NCBI GenBank assembly: GCA_024279555.1
Contig: JAJRRK010000012.1
Span: 1-37,548 of the forward strand
Direction: 5' to 3'
From: Campylobacterales bacterium
GTDB lineage: Bacteria; Campylobacterota; Campylobacteria; Campylobacterales; Sulfurovaceae
DNA: 37,548 nt
Shown here: in pieces, positions 26,944-34,948 of the stretch
Position numbering within the stretch: the first letter of the stretch is position 1
Layout of the letters: every line of letters starts with the position of its first letter
Made by a program: the position numbers and the translations under genes
Notes under the pieces: model-generated
What the model was told of the DNA's origin: nothing
The model's database searches: none
Seen by the model: the letters and a program-made list of their open reading frames with translations, nothing else

Positions 26944-27564
26944 ATGAAAAAACTACTTCTATCGACACTGCTGCTTCTTGGTTTCATGAGTCATGCACAG
27001 GCAGAAGCCGCTGCCAAGAAATCAAGCCTTGAAATTACTGATATTAACGGTAAAACCTATACGGTCACCGGTACCCCGGAAGGACTAAAAATCTCTGGAA
27101 CAAAGGGAAAAGTTGTCTTTATTGAATTTTTCGGACATGAATGTCCCCCTTGTTTGATGAGTATTCCCCATTTGATCAAAATGAAAGAAAAATACAAAGA
27201 TAAATTGGAGATCTTCGCAATTGAAGTGCAAAAACTTCCAAAGGATGCCCTCAAAAACTTTATCAAAGATATTCGACCATTGTCTAAAAAATATTTAACA
27301 TTTTTTGCCTATCGAAACGGCATCAATCTAAATACGTTGCTTGCTCCTGCACAACAACATCATACCATCAACTATCCTGTTTTTTCAACACTTGATTCCG
27401 ATAACAACTATTTTGTCAACTATATTGGGCAAAGAGCACAATGGAAAGGAAGCATACCTTTTATGGTTGTACTTGATACCACGGGAGAAGTACAGTTCAT
27501 TCAGGCAGGCATGCTCCCTGAGTCTTCACTTGAAGACCTTTTCCGTCAATATAGCAAAAAGTAA
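26944..27564 (+). CDS. Exported thioredoxin-fold (TlpA/ResA-like) protein
   Basis: Signal peptide ending AQA; GKVVFIEFFGHECPPCL..IP; INYPV; cis-Pro SIPFMVVLD..G. Confidence 0.85.
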   Translation: MKKLLLSTLLLLGFMSHAQAEAAAKKSSLEITDINGKTYTVTGTPEGLKISGTKGKVVFIEFFGHECPPCLMSIPHLIKMKEKYKDKLEIFAIEVQKLPKDALKNFIKDIRPLSKKYLTFFAYRNGINLNTLLAPAQQHHTINYPVFSTLDSDNNYFVNYIGQRAQWKGSIPFMVVLDTTGEVQFIQAGMLPESSLEDLFRQYSKK

Positions 27565-27608
27565 CTCTGTGCATGATATTCCCACTTTGGTGGGGATAAC
27601 ACTCCCAA

Positions 27609-28388
27609 TCACCTTCGAATATGTACCATCCCGTTCTCAATGCCTACCAAACCCTCCAACTCCGCTTCATACACCCTCTCTCCAAACTTATCCAATGCCT
27701 CATCCAATGTCGGCATACGCTGACAGAAATAGAAGAAGGCATCTTTCTCAATATCTTGATCCACCGCCTTGCCAAAACGTGAAGCGAAAAGCTCAATATC
27801 GTAGATCGGCTTTGCCTTTCCTTCTGCAAGCAGCTGGTTGGTTCCCATACTTTCGGTCAATCGCTGAGGCAATACATAGATCTCCTTCCCCATCTGCAAC
27901 GCGTACTCGACAGAACGTAGAGAGCCACTCCCAAGATCTGCTTCCGTGACAATGAGTATCTCCCCCAGAGCCACAACCAATTCATTGCGTACCACGAAAC
28001 TCCAGTTGGTTGCACGGAAACCGTCATTGAACGGGCTGAGGAGAAGTCCTTTCTCCTCAATGGAAACGATCAATTCACGATTGAAGGCAGGATAGCGTAT
28101 ATCAAGACCACATCCGAGCACAGCGATGGTGTTCTCCACACCTGCCGCTTCATGTGCCAAGGCATCTACGCCCATTGCCGCCCCGCTTACAATACAGACA
28201 CCACGTCTTGCCAGTGCCGAAGAGAGCCTCTTGGTAAGCTCCTGTGTATAGAGCGAAGGTTTGCGTGTTCCGACAATAGAGACTTTGGGACGCTCTATCA
28301 GGGAAAGGTCTCCTCGGTAGAAGAGTTCAGGCGGATATTTTTTCATACTGTTAAGTTCAGAGATATGCTCAGGGACGACCGCACTCAT
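27609..28388 (-). CDS. dprA: DNA-processing protein DprA
   Basis: PPELFYRG, SIVGTR, IVSGAAMGVDALAH, FVVRNELVVALG and EADLGSGS. Start chosen from the AAAGGAG RBS at 28394-28400. Confidence 0.94.
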   Translation of the reverse strand: MSAVVPEHISELNSMKKYPPELFYRGDLSLIERPKVSIVGTRKPSLYTQELTKRLSSALARRGVCIVSGAAMGVDALAHEAAGVENTIAVLGCGLDIRYPAFNRELIVSIEEKGLLLSPFNDGFRATNWSFVVRNELVVALGEILIVTEADLGSGSLRSVEYALQMGKEIYVLPQRLTESMGTNQLLAEGKAKPIYDIELFASRFGKAVDQDIEKDAFFYFCQRMPTLDEALDKFGERVYEAELEGLVGIENGMVHIRR

Positions 28389-28511
28389 CATCACTCCTTT
28401 TTTATCCAATAGTATCATCATCAGATGTAGATAGCTAAAAAATATGTCATTTTGTCATACTATTCTTACTTCTGGCATCTATGGTATAATCGCTTCCAAA
28501 AAAGGAATACT

Positions 28512-28895
28512 ATGCCAGCCAATTTTGGAAAACTGCTCCTGCGCCTCATGCTCGGAGGCATGCTGCTCTTTCACGGTATCTATAAACTTCAGCATGGTAT
28601 CGGTCCAGTCAAAGGGATGCTCATTGGGCATGGTCTTCCCGGAATCCTTGCCTATGGTGTTTATGTGGGAGAGATCATTGCACCGCTGCTTCTGATACTC
28701 GGTTTCTACAGCCGTGTCTGGGCAGGCATCATCGCTGTCAACATGATGATGGCGATCTGGCTGACACACTTCAAGGGGTTGACCACTATCAGTACATTTG
28801 GTACCTGGGGAATGGAGTCGGTAATGTTCTACCTCATGACAGCCATAGCCATTACCCTGCTTGGTTCCGGTGCCTATGCGATCAAAAGAGATTAA
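28512..28895 (+). CDS. DoxX-family membrane protein
   Basis: LLLRLMLGGMLLFHGIYKL, VGEIIAPLLLILG..SR and GSGAYAI. AAAGGA RBS and TGGTATAAT (28482-28490) support the start at 28512. Confidence 0.88.
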   Translation: MPANFGKLLLRLMLGGMLLFHGIYKLQHGIGPVKGMLIGHGLPGILAYGVYVGEIIAPLLLILGFYSRVWAGIIAVNMMMAIWLTHFKGLTTISTFGTWGMESVMFYLMTAIAITLLGSGAYAIKRD

Positions 28896-28904
28896 AGATA
28901 TCCG

Positions 28905-30239
28905 TTAAATCATCCAACCCCAAAGGAAATAGGCAACCAGACTAAGCACTGCCACACCGATAAAGTTCAGCTTCAATCCGACCGTTGCCATCTCTTTGAT
29001 ACTGATTACCCGTGAGCTCATCACAATGGCATTAGGAGGGGTGGCAATGGGGAGCATGAAGGCATAGGATGCTGCCACCGTCGCAACCATGAGAAGCATG
29101 GTACCCTGATCTTGTGGCATCTGCTGTGCGAACTCGTAAAAGATGGGAATAGCGATGGAGGTCAGCGCCGTATTGCTTGTCACTTCGGTCGAGAAGGTCA
29201 CAAAAAGAGCTGCGACCAGGAACATCCCCCACAACGGCATATCGGCAATGAAGTCAAGCCTATTGGCGATCTCCGACGCCAATCCCGTCTGAGAAAACGC
29301 AGCAGCGATGCTAAAACCCGCACCGAAGAGAAAAATGATCTCATACGGGATCTTCCGAGTATCTTCCCATATCAGGAAGTCAACTCCCGGTACGAACATC
29401 AGAAGTCCGAATCCAAGCAGTATCAGCTTCTCATCCAATGCAAAACCGGCAATCTGTTTAAGAAAAGTATTGGAGACAAGCACTGCTGCCAACACTCCTA
29501 TCAGTTTATAGAGTTTCTTTTGTTCGGTCGTTAGCGCCGGTATCTCCTGTTCAACATCCGAGACACTCTCTTTCTCTACTCCCATAGAGAGCAGATAGGG
29601 CATAATCAACAGCATCAGACCTACCACAGGAAGCATCATCACCATCCATCCTCCAAAGGTCATAGCGGGCAGATTATGCTCTTCGAGAAAACCCATCAGT
29701 ATGAGGTTGGGCGGGGTACCGATGGGGGTGAGTATCCCCCCGATACTTGCACCGTATGCCGTTGCCAGAAGGAAGCGTACCTTGAGTTTCACATTCTCCG
29801 TCAGGAAAAGCGCTATAGGCATCAGCATCAATGTGATGGTCGTATTGGAAAGAATGGAACTAAGCAGTGCAGAAGTGGTCGCCAGTGCATAGATAATACC
29901 CCTCGCCGTTTGCGGGAAAAAACTGAGCAGTTTGGCAGAAAAGTATTTATGTAATTCTGTCTTCTCTATCGCAATAGCAAGTAAAAAACCGCCCAGAAAG
30001 AGAAAAATAATCGACTTGGAATAATTGACCGTCACATCCGCCGTACTCAATATACCAAACATGGGGAAAAGCAAGATGGGCAACATTGACACCACCCCCA
30101 AAGGCAGTGCCTCGTTTGTCCAGAGCGTGACCAAAAAGGCGACAATACCGATGGTCACCGCGTGCGGCATGGCAAAGAACGGCCAAGAAAGACCAAAAAA
30201 AAGCACGCCTACCGCCACACCGATCAGCAGTTTTCTCAT
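28905..30239 (-). CDS. DASS/SLC13 sodium:dicarboxylate (or sulfate) symporter
   Basis: Two SNT motifs (LSNTT, TSNTA), IGGILTPIGTPPN and AFMLPIATPPNAIV. Confidence 0.92.
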   Translation of the reverse strand: MRKLLIGVAVGVLFFGLSWPFFAMPHAVTIGIVAFLVTLWTNEALPLGVVSMLPILLFPMFGILSTADVTVNYSKSIIFLFLGGFLLAIAIEKTELHKYFSAKLLSFFPQTARGIIYALATTSALLSSILSNTTITLMLMPIALFLTENVKLKVRFLLATAYGASIGGILTPIGTPPNLILMGFLEEHNLPAMTFGGWMVMMLPVVGLMLLIMPYLLSMGVEKESVSDVEQEIPALTTEQKKLYKLIGVLAAVLVSNTFLKQIAGFALDEKLILLGFGLLMFVPGVDFLIWEDTRKIPYEIIFLFGAGFSIAAAFSQTGLASEIANRLDFIADMPLWGMFLVAALFVTFSTEVTSNTALTSIAIPIFYEFAQQMPQDQGTMLLMVATVAASYAFMLPIATPPNAIVMSSRVISIKEMATVGLKLNFIGVAVLSLVAYFLWGWMI

Positions 30240-31304
30240 CTACTCCTCCCTGAATATCTCATCTATATAGACTACCTTGACCTCTTTTAAAAGCGGCTTA
30301 GCCTGCTTCAGTGCCTGCATCGTCTCTTTGTAGGGATGACCTATGGCAATGGCATAGCCGTTCTTCTTTGCCAGACGGACTGCTTTTTTCAGCTGCATAT
30401 GGATGGCACCGACTGATTTGACATTGTCAAGGAAAATATCCCGTGCCACATAGTCATCACCAAAGGCATGTGCCACAAGACCTGCCTGACTCTTACCGCT
30501 GGTACGGCTATCAATGAAGGTGAAGCCAGTCTGTTTCATTGCCTCATAGAGCCGATTCATCGCTGCCCTGTCTGTTGTAAAGAGCGATCCTGTATGATTG
30601 TTAATGTAATGGGCACGGGGGAAAAGTCTGCGCAATTCCCTCATGCGTGCCTGCATCTGGGCAGCCGTGAATGAGCGCATCACTGTTTTACTCTGACGAT
30701 CAAACTTCGCATTGCCCGACTCCATAGGCAGGTGTATCATATAATGCACTGCCTGTGTCGCCAGCCTAGGTGTGTTGCGATCCAAACTGTAGGGCGGGAA
30801 GATGGAGGGGGTCACGGGAACAGGCAGCTGCTGTATGGTATGCAGCTGTCTGGATGTGTGCACGTCATCAATGATGATTGCCAGTCGCGGCTTTTCACCC
30901 CGATAGGCGAGTTTCGATCTTTTGTATCGACTCTGCTGTATCATTGCCAATTTTGCTTTTTCTTTCGCTACTTTCGACTTGGCTGCAGGCTTGGGTTTTG
31001 ATTTGGCGTGTTCTTTTTTGACAATGTGCTTTTTGGGCTTTTTCTCTGCCTTGGGATGAAGTTTAGTAACGGTGGTCTTCTCTTCCTTCAGCCAGCAGGT
31101 ACCCAGACAATACCCCACTCCGACCATCGCAGCCATCAGAAACAGGATCACTCCCCAAAGAAGTCCCCGTTTTGATCCCTTCTTTTTTGTTCGGGTGCGT
31201 TTTACTCTTTTCTTAGATGCTGTTCTTTTGGATACCGTACTTTTTTTTCCGGATGGTTTTGATCGTTTTGCAGTGCTTGAGGTTCGTTTTTTGGGTGGTG
31301 CCAT
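30240..31304 (-). CDS. Divergent polysaccharide deacetylase (YibQ-like), membrane anchored
   Basis: LAIIIDD, MIHLPME, INNHTGS, FIDSRTS, RDIFLDN and AIAIGHP; basic N-terminal tail plus one TM; TGCTATAAT at 31339-31347. Confidence 0.9.
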   Translation of the reverse strand: MAPPKKRTSSTAKRSKPSGKKSTVSKRTASKKRVKRTRTKKKGSKRGLLWGVILFLMAAMVGVGYCLGTCWLKEEKTTVTKLHPKAEKKPKKHIVKKEHAKSKPKPAAKSKVAKEKAKLAMIQQSRYKRSKLAYRGEKPRLAIIIDDVHTSRQLHTIQQLPVPVTPSIFPPYSLDRNTPRLATQAVHYMIHLPMESGNAKFDRQSKTVMRSFTAAQMQARMRELRRLFPRAHYINNHTGSLFTTDRAAMNRLYEAMKQTGFTFIDSRTSGKSQAGLVAHAFGDDYVARDIFLDNVKSVGAIHMQLKKAVRLAKKNGYAIAIGHPYKETMQALKQAKPLLKEVKVVYIDEIFREE

Positions 31305-31366
31305 TGTATTCCGTTACATGATTTCATTGAATACACAGATTATAGCAAAAGGTGTGTTACCGGCAC

Positions 31367-31606
31367 CTATTTCAACCCATAACATTTACTGTGTTTCTCT
31401 TCTCTCTCTGTGGTACGCCGATGAAAATTCTCGTCTGTACTGTCGTGAACAAACACATCTTCAATACATACTTTCCCACTCTCAGGAGAGGTTTTCATTC
31501 TAACTTCAAATGCCCGCTTCTCGGCATCGAGTTTGTCTTCATAGTAACCAAAATCTGCAACACGTTCGCCAAACTGATTGTAATATACCACCTGATAGAT
31601 CGTCAT
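31367..31606 (-). CDS. Hypothetical 79-aa protein
   Basis: AAGGAAG RBS before ATG at 31606; soluble-looking sequence that fills the gap between ilvC and the deacetylase gene. Confidence 0.6.
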   Translation of the reverse strand: MTIYQVVYYNQFGERVADFGYYEDKLDAEKRAFEVRMKTSPESGKVCIEDVFVHDSTDENFHRRTTEREEKHSKCYGLK

Positions 31607-31941
31607 TCTTCTTCCTTTTCCAAGATTCCTCAGCATCATATTATCATAAGAAACTGAAATAATTCTTATATTGTATAATAATAGATCAGGAACATTGTCA
31701 ATATTTGATCATTATTGTGATGATTAAATTTTATTAAAATTTCGTCATTCAAATATGCACTTTGTAAATATAGAAACGTTGGAAAGGTTTGTATAAAGGA
31801 GTCTCTCCATCTGACAAACTAAAGATTTTTGGTGAATTGTATGTAGGTTTTGATATTTATGGACAAAGGAGCTTACACAAAAATAGTAAGTACCCCACTT
31901 ACACTTTAGCAACGGGGATATCGGCATTTAGTGCCAGAACT

Positions 31942-31966
31942 ACACCCACCCTTCAAAGGTGGATGC
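31942..31966 (-). terminator. Hairpin downstream of ilvC (terminator- or REP-like)
   Basis: Minus strand GCATCCACC-tttgaag-GGTGGGTGT, 9 bp with G-U pairs, 15 nt after the ilvC stop. The U-tract is poor. Confidence 0.4.
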
Positions 31967-31981
31967 AAATCGGAAGAAAAA

Positions 31982-33022
<1,041 letters not shown>

Positions 33023-33040
33023 TTAAGTAAAATTTGCGCG

Positions 33041-33112
33041 ATTATACCCAAATGTTGCTTACGCTTGTGATTTCATACCCATGATATTTGTCTGACCATT
33101 TTATGCTATAAT
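33041..33112. promoter_or_regulatory. Divergent -10 boxes for ilvC (minus, TATAAT 33041-33046) and nfeD (plus, TGCTATAAT 33104-33112)
   Basis: Consensus hexamers at normal distances from both start codons. Confidence 0.6.
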
Positions 33113-33143
33113 TTTCCATCATCCATACATAGAAGGAGCGCTT

Positions 33144-33611
33144 TTGGTCGCACTGCTTAACGAGATCACCTGGTGGCACTGGATTGTCTTTGGTGTACTG
33201 CTCATTGTCATTGAAATGAGCACCGGTACCTTTTTCATGCTTACACTGGGTATCTCCGCCTTGCTGGTAGGGACACTCGATGTACTGTTCGAACTTTCGT
33301 TCAAAACGGAGATCCTGCTTTGGCTACTCTTTTCCATTGTTTCTGTCATTGCGTGGATGAAGTGGTTCAAAGACCGTACCGTTTCCAACAGTGGGCAGTC
33401 AAACTACCGACTCGACACCCTCGGTACCGTCAAAGCGGAGATACGCCCGCACCACCGTGGCAAAGTCCTTTTTGATACACCGGTTTTGGGCAACACGGAG
33501 TGGCATGCCACAGCAAAAACAGATATAGCCTCTGGCACCAGAGTAAAGATCGTTGAGATCAACGGGCAGCTCATTGAGGTAGCGCCGGTGGAGTTAAAAA
33601 TTGAAAATTGA
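33144..33611 (+). CDS. NfeD-family (YbbJ-like) membrane protein
   Basis: WWHWIVFGVLLIVIE, TM segments, C-terminal OB-like W.A......G.RVKIV.I.G..I.V; AAGGAG RBS before TTG; upstream of the SPFH gene. Confidence 0.88.
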   Translation: MVALLNEITWWHWIVFGVLLIVIEMSTGTFFMLTLGISALLVGTLDVLFELSFKTEILLWLLFSIVSVIAWMKWFKDRTVSNSGQSNYRLDTLGTVKAEIRPHHRGKVLFDTPVLGNTEWHATAKTDIASGTRVKIVEINGQLIEVAPVELKIEN

Positions 33612-33638
33612 AAATTGAGGATTGAGAATTGAGGATTT
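33597..33638. repeat. Degenerate heptamer tandem repeat (ARRATTG)x6
   Basis: AAAATTG x3, AGGATTG, AGAATTG, AGGATTT; overlaps the nfeD stop codon. Confidence 0.8.
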
Positions 33639-33684
33639 TTTGCCTCATTTCAGTACTCAAAGCAAAAAATGGAAATACAGTTTA

Positions 33685-33775
33685 TTCATTTGCAGATACA
33701 AATGCGACAAGGGAACGCCCAACCCGAAGGGCGCTTGCGTTCGCGACCGCCAGAGTATTTGTGTCTGCAAATGAA
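33685..33775. repeat. 91-bp palindromic element (MITE/REP-like stem-loop)
   Basis: TTCATTTGCAGATACAAAT (33685-33703) pairs with ATTTGTGTCTGCAAATGAA (33757-33775), 18/19 plus one U-G. The GC-rich core has GAACGC/GCGTTC and CCCGAAGGG. Confidence 0.75.
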
Positions 33776-33806
33776 CCTTAACATTCAATCATAAAAGGAG
33801 CAATAA

Positions 33807-34664
33807 ATGGAAGCATTAACCGTACTTATTATCATCACAGCAGGAGTGGTCTATACCCTCTACAAAGGCATCAACATTGTCCCACAGGGAGAAGAATGGG
33901 TTGTTGAAAGACTGGGGAAGTTCGCCCGTACGCTCAAACCGGGACTCAACATCATCGTCCCCTACATCGAGACCGTCAGACAGAAGATCTCTACCCGCGA
34001 CATCATCTTGGATATCCCCCAACAGGAGGTCATCACCCGTGACAATGCCGTTATTCTGACCAATGCCGTTACATTCATCCGTGTCACCAACCCGCGTGAC
34101 GCTATCTACGGCATCGAGGATTTTCAACTTGCCATTCAGCAGCTTGTCATGACAACCCTGCGCTCCATTCTCGGTGAGATGAGCCTCGATGAAGCGCTGA
34201 GTAACCGTGAACACATCAAAGCCAAACTCAAAGATGCCATCATCGACGATGTAGCCGACTGGGGTGTGACCGTCAAATCGGTAGAGATACAGGACATCTC
34301 CCCCTCTGCTTCTATGCAGGAGAGTATGGAGAGACAAGCGGCGGCAGAGCGCGAACGACGCGCCATCGAGACCACCGCAGAAGGAAACAAGAACGCCGCC
34401 ATTCTCGAAGCGGACGGCAAACTCGAAGCCGCCAAACGCGAAGCCGAAGCGCAGATCGCTCTTGCCAATGCCTCTGCCGAAGCGATCCGCCTCATCTCCG
34501 ACAATATTCAGGACAAAGAGCTACCCGCCATGTTCTTACTCGGAGACCGCTACATCAACTCTCTTGAGCAGATCAGCAAAAGCGACAACTCCAAGTTCGT
34601 CATCTACCCCGCCGATATTCAGGGTGCCATCAAAGGGATGCTTGGAGGAGCCTTCAAGAAGTAG
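33807..34664 (+). CDS. SPFH/Band 7 (QmcA/stomatin-like) protein
   Basis: VPQGEEWVVERLGKF, QEVITRDN, TTLRSILG and AERERRA...AEG; AAAGGAG RBS. Confidence 0.94.
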   Translation: MEALTVLIIITAGVVYTLYKGINIVPQGEEWVVERLGKFARTLKPGLNIIVPYIETVRQKISTRDIILDIPQQEVITRDNAVILTNAVTFIRVTNPRDAIYGIEDFQLAIQQLVMTTLRSILGEMSLDEALSNREHIKAKLKDAIIDDVADWGVTVKSVEIQDISPSASMQESMERQAAAERERRAIETTAEGNKNAAILEADGKLEAAKREAEAQIALANASAEAIRLISDNIQDKELPAMFLLGDRYINSLEQISKSDNSKFVIYPADIQGAIKGMLGGAFKK

Positions 34665-34834
34665 GTCTTTCCTACTTTGAAAAGTACTCATAGTCCTTCA
34701 TCCTATGCCAGTCACCACCTTCACTTCCATTCATAAAACCTGAAGATACATACTACTCTATCAATTTATCTCCTCCAAATTCCTCGTGGAAGATTTTCCG
34801 TTTCTCTTGTAAAATTTTCTGAGAACAGAAATGT

Positions 34835-34873
34835 TTAACAGAAAATTAACACAACTATTTTACTATTCTATAC
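34835..34873 (+). promoter_or_regulatory. Putative promoter of the TonB receptor with an 11-bp-period TTAACA direct repeat
   Basis: TTAACA at 34835 and 34846, then TATACT at 34868-34873. Confidence 0.45.
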
Positions 34874-34948
34874 TCAATCACAAATACCACCCTTTTCACC
34901 TGACTGTCTATGCGTGTCTTGTGTAGGGTAATATAAGGAAAATAGTCA

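Noticed and set aside
27341-27949. 202-aa plus-strand ORF
   Set aside because: Overlaps the thioredoxin gene out of frame and dprA antisense; no motifs.
33597-33638. Short repeats here and at 26641 as a CRISPR array
   Set aside because: These are contiguous 7-nt units with no spacers and no cas genes.
34665-34948. Possible cobalamin or other riboswitch, or Fur box, ahead of the TonB receptor
   Set aside because: No B12-box, TPP or Moco consensus and no convincing Fur palindrome seen by eye. An Rfam scan would be needed to exclude these formally.
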